In this document: positions 39,287-48,849 of the stretch, in pieces | Layout of the letters: every line of letters starts with the position of its first letter | Numbering within the stretch: position 1 is the stretch's first letter | Assembly (NCBI GenBank): GCA_016209385.1 | Contig: JACQWB010000205.1 | Span: 1-50,243, forward strand | Length of the DNA: 50,243 bases | From: Candidatus Rokuibacteriota bacterium | GTDB lineage: Bacteria; Methylomirabilota; Methylomirabilia; Rokubacteriales; CSP1-6 | Direction of reading: 5' to 3' | The notes under the pieces: model-generated | Database searches by the model: none | What the model was told of the DNA's origin: nothing | What the model saw: only the letters and a program-made list of their open reading frames with translations | Position numbers and translations under genes: made by a program

Positions 39287-40513
39287 ATGAGCATCCTCTC
39301 AACCGGCGTCAGCGGCCTCCGCTCGAACCAGGCCGCCATCGACGTGATCGGCAACAACATCGCCAACATCAACACCCCGGGCTTCAAGGGCGCGCGGGCG
39401 ACCTTCGCGGACATCCTGAGCCAGACCGTCCGCGGCGAAACGATCCCGTCGGCCAACTCGGCCGGGAGCAACCCCGTGCAGGTCGGCCTCGGCGTCCAGC
39501 TCGCCGCGGTCCAGGTCGACTTCGACCAGGCCGCGATCCAGACCACCAACAACCCGACCGACCTGGCGATCCAGGGCCAGGGGCTGTTCGCCCTGAAAGA
39601 CGGCAACGGCACCCGGCACTTCACGCGCGCCGGGGCCTTCACCGTGGACGCCAACGGCACGCTCGTGGACTCGGTGAGCGGCTTCAAGGTCCAGGGCGTC
39701 AACGGCGACATCACCGTGCTGCCCGGCAAGACCATCGCTGCCACCGCCACGGCCTCGGCGCTCTTCGGCGGCAACCTGGACGCCTCCGCGGCTGACGCCA
39801 GCACCTACGTGGCCACCTTCAGCGTTCGCGATTCCCTCGGCAGCCCGCATACTCTGACCATCACCTTCACCAAGAACTTCGCCGCCGCCGCCGGCCGCTG
39901 GGACTGGGCCGTCACCGAGTCCGACGCCAACATCTCCGGCCTGAGCGGCGCCACCGGCAACGTCGTGTTCGACACCTCCGGCACCATCTCCAGCGGCGCC
40001 ACAGGCAGCCTCGGCATCACCTACGCAGCCACGGCCGGGGCCACCACGCCCCAGACGGTCACGCTGGACTTCGGCTCGGCTACCAACACCGTGCCGGTGA
40101 CCGGGGTCGCCGGAAGCTCGACCCTCGCCCTCGCGAGCCAGAACGGCAATGCCGCCGGGCAGCTCCAGTCCTTCAGCGTGGGGACGAACGGCGTCATCAC
40201 GGGCTTCTACAATAACGGCGAGAACCAGACCATCGACACCATCCAGCTCGCGCTCTTCGCCAACCCGGGCGGGCTGATCCGCGAGGGGTCCAACCTCTTC
40301 CGCGAGTCGGGGAACGCCGGTGTCCCGAACATCGGCGCCCCCAGCACCGGCGGCCGGGGCAGCCTCATCCCGGGAGGGCTCGAGCAGTCCAACGTGGATC
40401 TCGCGCAGGAGTTCACCGACCTGATCACCGCCCAGCGCGGCTTCGAGGCCAGCGCGCGCGTGCTCCGGGCCGGCGACGAGGTGCTCCAGACCATCGTCAA
40501 CATCAAGCAGTAA
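39287..40513 (+). CDS. flgE: Flagellar hook protein FlgE
   Basis: GVSGL...IDVIGNNIANINTPGFK, TDLAIQGQGLF, TRAGAF, LEQSNVDLAQEFTDLITAQRGFEASAR. Confidence 0.96.
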   Translation: MSILSTGVSGLRSNQAAIDVIGNNIANINTPGFKGARATFADILSQTVRGETIPSANSAGSNPVQVGLGVQLAAVQVDFDQAAIQTTNNPTDLAIQGQGLFALKDGNGTRHFTRAGAFTVDANGTLVDSVSGFKVQGVNGDITVLPGKTIAATATASALFGGNLDASAADASTYVATFSVRDSLGSPHTLTITFTKNFAAAAGRWDWAVTESDANISGLSGATGNVVFDTSGTISSGATGSLGITYAATAGATTPQTVTLDFGSATNTVPVTGVAGSSTLALASQNGNAAGQLQSFSVGTNGVITGFYNNGENQTIDTIQLALFANPGGLIREGSNLFRESGNAGVPNIGAPSTGGRGSLIPGGLEQSNVDLAQEFTDLITAQRGFEASARVLRAGDEVLQTIVNIKQ

Positions 40514-40524
40514 GGAGACGCGGC

Positions 40525-40749
40525 ATGATCACCCTGACCGCCGTCAACGGAGTCCGCTTCTCGGTGCGCGCGGAGCTGATCGAGTCGGTCGAAGACGAGC
40601 CGGCGACGACCGTCGCGCTGACCACCGGCCTCAGGCTCCAGGTCAGGGAAAGCCCGGCGACTGTGCGGGAGCTGATGGAGACGGCGCACAGCCGAGGCCG
40701 GCCCCACGCGTCAAAGTCCAGAGGAACACGCCATGGAAGTGCAGAGTAA
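40525..40749 (+). CDS. flbD: Flagellar FlbD/SwrD family protein
   Basis: MITLTAVNGVRFSVRAELIESVEDEPATTVALTTG...VRESP, 74 aa, directly after flgE. Confidence 0.88.
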   Translation: MITLTAVNGVRFSVRAELIESVEDEPATTVALTTGLRLQVRESPATVRELMETAHSRGRPHASKSRGTRHGSAE

Positions 40750-41224
40750 GGGAACCGCGCAGGCGGCGGCCGCGCCGGCTACCCACGAAGTGGGTGTGCC
40801 CGCTCGGAACCCACGCGGCCGCCTCCTGATGGCGGGAGCGGCCGTGCTGCTCGCCCTCGCCACTGGCTGGGCCACCGGTTGGTGGTGGTCAGCGTACTCG
40901 CCAAAGGCCCACGGCCAGGCGGCGTACCGGACCTGGCGGCTGGGCTCGCTCGTCGTCAACGTCGCCAGGACTGACGGCCGGCGCTACCTGAAGACCACGA
41001 TCGAGTTTGCGATGGCCCCCGGCCAGAGCGAAAAGCTCCTGGAAGAGCTCCGGCCCCGCCTCACGGACACGAGCCTCGGCGTGCTGGCGAACGCGTCGCT
41101 CACCGAGCTCCTGGACGCCGAGCAGCGGGACAGTCTCAAAGAACGGCTCCGCGACCGCCTCAACGCAGAGCTCAAGGGGCCGGTCCTGGTCCGTGCCTTC
41201 TTCACCGAGTTCATCGTGCAATGA
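40733..41224 (+). CDS. fliL: Flagellar basal-body protein FliL
   Basis: Single TM, LVVNVA...[29 protein letters not shown]. Confidence 0.92.
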   Translation: MEVQSKGTAQAAAAPATHEVGVPARNPRGRLLMAGAAVLLALATGWATGWWWSAYSPKAHGQAAYRTWRLGSLVVNVARTDGRRYLKTTIEFAMAPGQSEKLLEELRPRLTDTSLGVLANASLTELLDAEQRDSLKERLRDRLNAELKGPVLVRAFFTEFIVQ

Positions 41225-42222
41225 AGCCTGAAGAGATCCTGAGCCAGGAGGAGATTGACGCGCTCCTCTCCGCCGTGCACCGCGGGGAGGTGGCGACCGC
41301 GACGACCCCAAAGCGGCACAGCGCCGACCGGCGTGCCGTCCCCTATGACTTCCGGCAACCCAGCCGGCTCTCCAAGTACGAGCTCCGCGCCCTCCATGTG
41401 CTCCACGACGATTTCGCCAAACGCGTCACCGCCTCCCTCTCGGGAATGCTCCGGACGGTGGTGGACGTTGAGCTGGAGGCCGTCGAGCAGATCCCCTATG
41501 CCGAGTATGTGCTGGCGATCGGGACTCCGGCCTGCGCCTTCACCTTCAACATGGAGCCGCTCAACGGAGAAGCGGTGCTGGAGGTGAACTCGCCGCTCGC
41601 CTTCGCGATGATCGATCGCCTCCTCGGTGGGAGCGGTGCGGCCAGCGGCCCGATCCGGGAATTCACCGAGATCGAGCGGGCCATCATCGAGCGGATCGGC
41701 CTCCAGGCCGTGGTGGAGCTGCAGCAGTCCTGGCAACAGGTCGGCGCGTTCGTGATGCGGATCCTGAACCTGGAAACCAACTCGCAGTTTCTCCAGATCA
41801 CCTCCCCGAACGAGGTCATCCTCGTCGCCTCGTTCCGGCTCCGGATGGGTGAGGTCACCGGTGGGATGACGATCGGGTACCCCTATCTCCTGCTCGAACC
41901 GCTGATCCCGCGCTTCGGTGCCCAGCCGTGGCTCTCCACAACCAAGGCCAACCCGGATGCGGAAACCCGAGACCACCTGGTCGGTGAGATCCTCCACACC
42001 CCCCTCGAGGTCCGGGTCGTGCTGGGCCAGACCTCGGTCAGGGTGCGGGATCTGTTGAGCCTGGCCGAGGGGTCGATGCTCGCCTTGAACACTGGGCCGA
42101 CGATCCCCGTGATGGTCACGGTCGGCCAGCTGACGAAGTTCAAAGGCAAACCCGGAGTGAGCCGTCACCACCTGGCGGTGGAGATCACTGACCGCCAGAA
42201 CGAAAGGAAGCGTGCCCGATGA
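41221..42222 (+). CDS. fliM: Flagellar motor switch protein FliM
   Basis: [11 protein letters not shown] (CheY-binding motif), YDFRQP, FTEIE, and a SpoA C-terminal domain. Confidence 0.96.
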   Translation: MKPEEILSQEEIDALLSAVHRGEVATATTPKRHSADRRAVPYDFRQPSRLSKYELRALHVLHDDFAKRVTASLSGMLRTVVDVELEAVEQIPYAEYVLAIGTPACAFTFNMEPLNGEAVLEVNSPLAFAMIDRLLGGSGAASGPIREFTEIERAIIERIGLQAVVELQQSWQQVGAFVMRILNLETNSQFLQITSPNEVILVASFRLRMGEVTGGMTIGYPYLLLEPLIPRFGAQPWLSTTKANPDAETRDHLVGEILHTPLEVRVVLGQTSVRVRDLLSLAEGSMLALNTGPTIPVMVTVGQLTKFKGKPGVSRHHLAVEITDRQNERKRAR

Positions 42223-43112
42223 CCGCAAAGCTTTCCGCGCTGACCACGGCGCCGTCCGACCGCTCGCTCGAAGAAGTGATGCGCGCCTACTGCGGGACCC
42301 TCCTCGCCGGCGGCGCGGCGGCCCTGTCCACGCTCCTCAACCGCGCGATCACCATCGACCTGGACCCGAGGCCCCTGGAGCGGACCGAGGCGCTCAGGGA
42401 GCGGCTGCCGCTGCCCTGGATGGTCGCCGAGCTCCGCTTCAGCCGAGGCTCCGGCGGCGCGCATGCGTTGGTCCTGCCGCGGGCGGATGCGGCCGGGTTG
42501 GCGCAGCTCGCGATCGGCGAAGACCCTGACGAGTCCGCCGTCCTCTCGGCGGACCACGAAAACGCGCTCCGCGAGATGGTGAACCAGATGATGGCCTCAG
42601 CCGGCTCGTCGCTCAAGGGGCTGCTCGGCCGTCCCGTTTCCTTCGCCCCGGCAGACCTCCAGGTCATCGAGGCCGGCGATCCATGGACGCCACCGGCGCA
42701 CTCGGCAGCCCTGGCCTGGCTGTCGGTGGACGGGAGCCAGCGGGCCACGCTCGCGTTGATGATTCCGGACACCGTGGCCGAGGAGCTGTCGGCCCGGCAC
42801 GCGCCGGCCTCCCGGGAGCCGGCAACGGACGAGGCGTCCGCCGATGCTCCGCCGCCCGGGCTCGACCTGATCCTGGACATTACGCTGCCGATCACGGTCG
42901 AGCTGGGACGCACCAAGATGCTGATTCGGGACATCCTGGCCCTCGGCCCGGGATCGGTGGTCGAACTGGACCGGCTCGCGGGGGAACCGGTCGAGATCCT
43001 CGTCAACGATCGTTCGATCGCCAGGGGCGAAGTGGTGATCATCGACGAGAACTTCGGGGTACGGCTCACCCATATCAGCCGCCCCGCGGACCGCATCCGG
43101 AGCCTCCGGTGA
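42219..43112 (+). CDS. fliY: Flagellar switch protein FliY-type (CheC-like domain + FliN SpoA domain)
   Basis: [14 protein letters not shown] resembles the FliY/CheC E-x2-N site. C-terminal [18 protein letters not shown]...[15 protein letters not shown] is a FliN domain. Confidence 0.85.
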   Translation: MTAKLSALTTAPSDRSLEEVMRAYCGTLLAGGAAALSTLLNRAITIDLDPRPLERTEALRERLPLPWMVAELRFSRGSGGAHALVLPRADAAGLAQLAIGEDPDESAVLSADHENALREMVNQMMASAGSSLKGLLGRPVSFAPADLQVIEAGDPWTPPAHSAALAWLSVDGSQRATLALMIPDTVAEELSARHAPASREPATDEASADAPPPGLDLILDITLPITVELGRTKMLIRDILALGPGSVVELDRLAGEPVEILVNDRSIARGEVVIIDENFGVRLTHISRPADRIRSLR

Positions 43113-43149
43113 CGCCGGCACGCGCGAAGGGAAGCACCGGCGAGCGGAC

Positions 43150-43659
43150 ATGCGCATAAGCCGCAGGTGGGTGATACTGGCTGGACTCCTCCTCGCCCTC
43201 GCGTCTGCCCCGGCAGGCGCGGATCCGGTTCGAGGCCATGACGCCGCGGCGCCCAACTCAGCGGCGCCCACGCTCAGCGGCTCCCTCTGGCGACTCGGCC
43301 TGGCTTCCCTGGCGGTGGCCGGCCTTTTGTACGGAGGCTCGCGCTTGCTCCGCCGGCTCCCCCTCGCGCGGTTCTTACCCGGCGGAAACGGGCCGATCCG
43401 GATCGAGGGCCGCACCCTCCTCGGCCCGAAGGAGTACCTCTGCCTGGTCCGCGTGGGAACCCGGACAATCCTGATCGGCGTGAGCGCCGGGCGCATCGTC
43501 CCGCTCGACGCATGGCCCGAGGCAGAAGTCGCCACCGGTGGGGTCCCCGCGCCTACGGCCTGGGTGGGGCGCGGCCAGGCGGACGAGCCGGAGGGGAACC
43601 CGCACCTCCCCACCCAGCTGAGGTCGCTCCGGGCGCGCCTCGGGGGGCAATCCCGATGA
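43150..43659 (+). CDS. fliO: Flagellar biogenesis protein FliO
   Basis: Signal/TM segments, IRIEGRTLLGPKEYLCLVRVG...LIGVS. Lies between fliY and fliP. Confidence 0.88.
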   Translation: MRISRRWVILAGLLLALASAPAGADPVRGHDAAAPNSAAPTLSGSLWRLGLASLAVAGLLYGGSRLLRRLPLARFLPGGNGPIRIEGRTLLGPKEYLCLVRVGTRTILIGVSAGRIVPLDAWPEAEVATGGVPAPTAWVGRGQADEPEGNPHLPTQLRSLRARLGGQSR

Positions 43660-44411
43660 GGCACAGCCCTACCCTGGGCCTGATCGGCGCCACCCTCGCG
43701 GCCCTCCTGCTCCTGTCGGGGACCGCCCAGGCGCTCCCGCTCCCGCGGATCTCCTTCACGGAAGCCGACCTGACCGACCCGAGCGAAGTCTCCACGATGC
43801 TCCAGCTCGTGGCGCTGCTGACGGTGCTGGCGCTGGCCCCGTCGATCCTCGTTCTCCTGACCTCGTTCACGCGCGTGCTGATCGTCCTCTCCTTCCTCCG
43901 CCACGCCCTCGGAACCGCGCAGATGCCGCCCAACCAGATCATCATCGGGCTGTCCCTGTTCCTGACCGCGTTCATCATGGCCCCCGTCGGCCAGGAGATC
44001 CACCGGAACGCCCTCGCACCCTACCTGGCCCGCCAGATCGGACCGGAACGGGCACTGGAGCGGGGACTCGCGCCGGTTCGCGCGTTCATGCTGCGGCAGA
44101 CCCGGGAGCGTGACCTGGCGCTCATGGTGGACCTCTCGCGGAGCCCGCGCCCGAATCGCCCGGGAGACGTTCAGACCCACGTCCTGATCCCGGCCTTCGT
44201 CATCTCCGAGCTGAGGACGGCGTTCCAGCTCTCCTTCGTCATCTTCATCCCGTTCCTCGTCATCGACATGGTGGTGGGCAGCGTGCTCATGTCCATGGGC
44301 ATGCTGATGCTCCCACCGATCCTCGTCTCGCTGCCGATCAAGATTCTGCTGTTCGTCATGGCGGATGGCTGGCACCTCGTCATCCGCTCGCTGGTCACGA
44401 GCTACCGCTGA
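43656..44411 (+). CDS. fliP: Flagellar export gate FliP
   Basis: LTVLALAPSIL...TSFTRVLIVLSFLR, PPNQ, PAFVISEL, MGMLMLPP, LFVMADGW. ATG at 43656. Confidence 0.96.
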   Translation: MRHSPTLGLIGATLAALLLLSGTAQALPLPRISFTEADLTDPSEVSTMLQLVALLTVLALAPSILVLLTSFTRVLIVLSFLRHALGTAQMPPNQIIIGLSLFLTAFIMAPVGQEIHRNALAPYLARQIGPERALERGLAPVRAFMLRQTRERDLALMVDLSRSPRPNRPGDVQTHVLIPAFVISELRTAFQLSFVIFIPFLVIDMVVGSVLMSMGMLMLPPILVSLPIKILLFVMADGWHLVIRSLVTSYR

Positions 44412-44421
44412 CGCGAACGCA

Positions 44422-44691
44422 ATGTCCCCCGAGATGACCGTGGACCTGGCCCGCCAAGCGCTGTGGACGACGCTGCTCCTCGCCGGGCCGATCCTGGGGG
44501 CCGGGCTCCTGGCCGGGCTCCTGGTTTCCATCTTCCAGGCGGTGACCCAGATCCAGGAGGTCACGCTCACGTTTCTTCCAAAGCTGGTGGCCTCGATCCT
44601 GATCCTGATCTTCCTCGGGCCGTGGATGCTCAGTCTGCTCGTCGAGTTCACGCAGGGGCTCCTGGGCGGGCTCTCGAGGTTCGCCGGATGA
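44422..44691 (+). CDS. fliQ: Flagellar export gate FliQ
   Basis: GLLVSIFQAVTQIQEVTLTFLPK...GPWM. ATG at 44422. Confidence 0.96.
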   Translation: MSPEMTVDLARQALWTTLLLAGPILGAGLLAGLLVSIFQAVTQIQEVTLTFLPKLVASILILIFLGPWMLSLLVEFTQGLLGGLSRFAG

Positions 44692-44744
44692 CTGCGGAGC
44701 GTACCCGATGACACCTGCCATGTCACGTCACGCTGCTCCAGGGT

Positions 44745-44836
44745 TTCGAGCGCCGGCTTGGCCGGCGCAATCTATCGGGGGGAGGAATCGGAAGGGGCGG
44801 GTACCCGCGCCGAAGGCGTGGGTGGCCCCCCTCCGA
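44745..44836. repeat. Family A repeat between fliQ and fliR, with a module inserted in the loop of hairpin 2
   Basis: ttcgag-cgccggc-ttg-gccggcg-caa...tcggaagggg-[cgggtacccgcgccgaaggcgtgggtgg]-cccccctccga. Confidence 0.9.
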
Positions 44837-44841
44837 GCCAT

Positions 44842-45642
44842 ATGACTGTGCCGGTCGGCCTGTGGCCCTTCGATCCGCGCCACATCGAATGGTTCCTCCT
44901 GGCCGCAGCCCGGCTCGGCGGCCTCCTGGCCCTCGCGCCGCCATTCAACCATCCGCGGGTGCCGATCCACGCGCGCGTGGGGTTGGGTTTCGCGCTGGTC
45001 GGGCTCGCCTGGTCCGCCATCGCGACCGCGCCACCGCCGGCGGCGGCCGACGCCGTCGAGCTCGCCCTGCGCGTCGCCGGCGAGCTCGCGGTGGGACTCC
45101 TCCTCGGGTTCATCGCGCATCTCATCACGGCCGCGGCGACCTTTGCGGCAGAGCTGATGGGGGTGCAGATGGGGTTCGGTTTTGCCGCGGTGTTCGATCC
45201 CACCCAGGGGAATCAGGTCACCGTGCTCACCCATCTCTTCGATATGCTGGTGATCCTGCTCTTCCTGACCCTCGACGGCCACCACCTGGTGGTCGCGGCG
45301 GCAGTTGAGAGCTTCCGCGTGGTTCCCCTCGGCGGCTGGTGGTTCAGCCCCGAACTCTTGGAAAGCGTCCTCCCCCTGGCGTCCCGCATGTTCACGCTGG
45401 GCCTGGCCCTGGCAGGCCCCACGCTCGGCGCGCTCTTCATCGCCAACCTCATCCTCGTGCTGCTGGCGAGGAGCATCCCGCAGATGAACATCCTTCTCGT
45501 CGGCTTCCCCCTGATGATCACGGTGGGACTCCTCGTTTTCCTCCTCAACCTGGACCTGATGGGGAGCCTGATCGGCGGGGAGATCAGACAGATGGAGGCC
45601 CACTTCGTGGGGCTCCTCCGGAGCCTCAGCCATGGCCGATGA
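44842..45642 (+). CDS. fliR: Flagellar export gate FliR
   Basis: ARLGGLLALAPPF, GELAVGLLLG, QMGFGFAAVFDP, DGHH, RSIPQMNIL. Confidence 0.95.
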   Translation: MTVPVGLWPFDPRHIEWFLLAAARLGGLLALAPPFNHPRVPIHARVGLGFALVGLAWSAIATAPPPAAADAVELALRVAGELAVGLLLGFIAHLITAAATFAAELMGVQMGFGFAAVFDPTQGNQVTVLTHLFDMLVILLFLTLDGHHLVVAAAVESFRVVPLGGWWFSPELLESVLPLASRMFTLGLALAGPTLGALFIANLILVLLARSIPQMNILLVGFPLMITVGLLVFLLNLDLMGSLIGGEIRQMEAHFVGLLRSLSHGR

Positions 45643-46708
45643 GCCCGAACGAACCGAAGCGCCGACGGGTAGACGCCTGGAGGAGGCGCGGCGCAAGGGA
45701 CAGATTGCCCGGAGCCCGGAGGTCGGGACCGCGTTTACGATCCTCGGCGCCGCTGGCTTTCTCACGTGGGCCGGTACCGGCTGGAGCCGTGCGCTGACCG
45801 AGCTCCTTCCTGCGCTCCTGACCCGCGTTCAGGTCGGCGAGTGGCATCCTGGCGCGATCCACGACTACAGCATCGAGGTCTTCGCGCTCTTCCTCAACCT
45901 CGTCCTCCCACCGGTGCTCCTCCTGGCCGTCGTGGGCATCGGGGCCAACGTGCTTCAGGTCGGGTTCCTCTTCACGACCCGGACGCTCGAGCCCAACTGG
46001 GGGAAGCTGAACCCGTTCCAGGGACTCAAGCGGCTCTTCGCCCGACACATGCTGGCCGAGCTTCTCAAGGGCCCCCTCAAGCTCGCCACGATCGGCGGGA
46101 TCGCCTTCATCACCCTGCGGCCCCGCGTCGCCGAGCTTGTCACGCTCGCGGGACGCGACCCGTCGGCGGCTGTGGCGACCGTGACGGAAGTGACGCTCAC
46201 GCTCCTCTGGCGCATCGGCGCGGCCTACCTCGTTCTGGCGCTCCTGGACTACGGCTATCAGCGATGGACCCATCTCCGGAGCCTCCGCATGACCCGGGAA
46301 GAGGTCAAGGAAGAGATGCGGCAGAGCGAGGGCGACCCGCACATCCGGGCCCGAGCTCGACACCTTCACCGGCAGTACGCCATGCGCCGGATGATGAGCG
46401 AGGTTCCGAAGGCCGATGTGGTCGTGACAAACCCGACGCACCTGGCCGTGGCGCTCAGGTATGATCGCGAGACCATGCGGGCGCCCAAGGTGGTGGCCAA
46501 GGGCGCCCGGCTCATCGCCGAGGAGATCAAAAAGCGCGCCCGCACGGCGGGAGTCCCGATCGTCGAGCACCCACCGCTGGCCCAGGCGCTCTACAAGTCG
46601 GTCGAACTCGGCGGCGAAATCCCGGCCTCGCTCTACCGCGCTGTGGCCGAGGTCCTGGCCTACGTGTACATGCTGAGCCAGCGCCAGCATCCGAGGCCCG
46701 TCGCATGA
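45632..46708 (+). CDS. flhB: Flagellar export protein FlhB
   Basis: ERTEAPTGRRLEEARRKGQI, KEEMRQSEGDP, and the NPTH autocleavage motif. Confidence 0.97.
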   Translation: MADEPERTEAPTGRRLEEARRKGQIARSPEVGTAFTILGAAGFLTWAGTGWSRALTELLPALLTRVQVGEWHPGAIHDYSIEVFALFLNLVLPPVLLLAVVGIGANVLQVGFLFTTRTLEPNWGKLNPFQGLKRLFARHMLAELLKGPLKLATIGGIAFITLRPRVAELVTLAGRDPSAAVATVTEVTLTLLWRIGAAYLVLALLDYGYQRWTHLRSLRMTREEVKEEMRQSEGDPHIRARARHLHRQYAMRRMMSEVPKADVVVTNPTHLAVALRYDRETMRAPKVVAKGARLIAEEIKKRARTAGVPIVEHPPLAQALYKSVELGGEIPASLYRAVAEVLAYVYMLSQRQHPRPVA

Positions 46709-48849
46709 GGACCGCGGGCGCGGCACCGCGCACCGGCGGCGGACCCGCGTCCCTCCGCGCTGAGCGGGGCTACCCGGCGGGGCTGGCCGGCGGGCCCGCC
46801 ATCGTCTTCACCGACCTGGGGCTGGCGGGCGCGGTCCTGGGGATTCTCGGGATGATGGTGATCCCGCTCCCCACGGTCGTCTTGGACATCCTCCTGAGCG
46901 CCAACCTTTCCGTCGCGCTCCTGACCCTGCTCGTCGCCATGTACATCCTGAAGCCCGTGGAGTTCTCGGCCTTCCCGTCCCTGCTCCTCGTGCTCACGCT
47001 CCTCCGCCTGGCGCTCAACGTGGCCTCGACCCGGCTCATTCTCCTCCACGGCCACGAAGGCCCGGCCGCGGCCGGCGAGGTGATCAGGGCGTTCGGCCAG
47101 TTCGTTCTCGCAGGCAACTACGTCGTCGGGCTCGTCGTCTTCCTGATCCTCGTGGTCATCCAGTTCGTGGTGATCACGAAGGGCGCCGGCCGGATCGCCG
47201 AGGTGGCGGCCCGCTTCACCCTCGACGCGATGCCCGGCAAGCAGATGTCCATCGACGCCGACCTCAACGCCGGCTTGATCACCGAGGCGGACGCCCGCCG
47301 CCGGCGGGAGGGCATCGCCCGGGAGGCCGACTTCTACGGCGCCATGGACGGCGCGTCCAAGTTCGTGCGGGGCGACGCGGTGGCAAGCCTGATCATCACG
47401 GCCATCAACATCCTGGGCGGGCTCGCTGTCGGCGTGCTCCAGCAGGGCGTGGGGCTCGTCGACGCGCTTCAGGCGTACACGATCCTCACCGTGGGCGATG
47501 GTCTCGTCACGCAGATCCCCGCGCTGATCGTTTCCACCGCGGCCGGCATCGTCGTGACCCGGGCCGCCGCCGAATCCGACCTCTCGTCGGATCTCGTCAG
47601 CCAGCTCACGCTGCGCCCGCGCGCCCTCGGCGTCACTGCGGGGGTCCTCGGGAGCCTGGCCCTCGTCCCGGGTCTCCCGACGCTGCCATTTCTCCTCCTC
47701 GCCGGACTCCTGGCCGCGGCGAACTACGCGCTCCGCGGACGCGGCCCCCAGCCGACCCAGGCTCACGCCGGATCCGCTGGGCCCGCGAGCGGCACTCGCG
47801 ACAAACCCGAGGGCCTCCCGCCGGTCGACCTCCTGAGCCTCGAAGTGGGATACAACCTGATCCCGCTGGTGGATCCCGCCCAGGGCGGGGAGCTCCTCGA
47901 GCGCGTGAAGGCGCTGAGGCAGCAGTTCGCGCTGGACCTCGGGTTCACGGTCCCGCCGGTCCGGGTTCGGGACAACCTGCAGCTTCGCCCCAATAGCTAT
48001 CTCATCCGCCTCAAGGAGCTCGAGGTGGCTCAGGGAGAAGTGACCCCGGATCGCCTCCTGGCAATCAACCCGGGGACGGCGACCCGGCAGCTGGACGGAA
48101 TCGAGACCCGCGAGCCCACCTTCGGCGTCCCGGCCCTGTGGATCTCCCCCGCCCTGAAGGACGAGGCTCGCGCGGCGGGATACACGGTCGTCGACCCCGG
48201 GACTGTGGTCGCCACCCACCTCTCCGAAACGGTTCGCCGCCACGCCGCGACGCTCCTCACGCGCCAGGCGGTTCAGGAGATGCTGGACCAGGTGAAGGCA
48301 AGCCAACCCGCGGTCCTGGATGGGCTCATCCCGGCGCTCCTGCCGCTCGGCGCCGTGCACAAGGTTCTTCAGCTCCTCCTTGCCGAAGAGGTGTCCATCC
48401 GGGACCTGCCCACCATCCTCGAGGCCCTGTCGGACTACGCTCCCCATACGAAGGATCCGGCCTACCTGGCCGAGCGGGTGCGGGCCGTCATCCCCGCTGC
48501 CGTGATCCACCCGTACCTCGGGCCGAACAAGACGCTGCGTCCGCTCGTGCTCAACCCCGGCGTGGAGCGACTGCTCCGGGCCGGCCTTCAGCGCGGGGAG
48601 GGAGCCGGCGCGTTGGTCCTCGAGCCGCACGCGCTCCAGGGGCTCGTGAACGGGGTGGCGCGCGCCCTCGAGCAGGCTGCCCCGGGCGAAGCGCGGCCAT
48701 GTCTGCTGTGCGCGCAGGACCTCCGCCCGCACCTGCGCCGGCTCCTCGAGCGATCGTTCCCCCATCTCGGCGTGCTCTCGTATGCCGAGCTTCCGGCCAC
48801 TGTGACGCTGCAACCCAGCTTGCCTGTGGAGGTCGAGCATGCTGCTTAA
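46705..48849 (+). CDS. flhA: Flagellar export protein FlhA
   Basis: FSAFPSLLL, GAGRIAEVAARFTLDAMPGKQMSIDADL, FYGAMDGASKFVRGDA, VSIRDL. Confidence 0.97.
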   Translation: MRTAGAAPRTGGGPASLRAERGYPAGLAGGPAIVFTDLGLAGAVLGILGMMVIPLPTVVLDILLSANLSVALLTLLVAMYILKPVEFSAFPSLLLVLTLLRLALNVASTRLILLHGHEGPAAAGEVIRAFGQFVLAGNYVVGLVVFLILVVIQFVVITKGAGRIAEVAARFTLDAMPGKQMSIDADLNAGLITEADARRRREGIAREADFYGAMDGASKFVRGDAVASLIITAINILGGLAVGVLQQGVGLVDALQAYTILTVGDGLVTQIPALIVSTAAGIVVTRAAAESDLSSDLVSQLTLRPRALGVTAGVLGSLALVPGLPTLPFLLLAGLLAAANYALRGRGPQPTQAHAGSAGPASGTRDKPEGLPPVDLLSLEVGYNLIPLVDPAQGGELLERVKALRQQFALDLGFTVPPVRVRDNLQLRPNSYLIRLKELEVAQGEVTPDRLLAINPGTATRQLDGIETREPTFGVPALWISPALKDEARAAGYTVVDPGTVVATHLSETVRRHAATLLTRQAVQEMLDQVKASQPAVLDGLIPALLPLGAVHKVLQLLLAEEVSIRDLPTILEALSDYAPHTKDPAYLAERVRAVIPAAVIHPYLGPNKTLRPLVLNPGVERLLRAGLQRGEGAGALVLEPHALQGLVNGVARALEQAAPGEARPCLLCAQDLRPHLRRLLERSFPHLGVLSYAELPATVTLQPSLPVEVEHAA

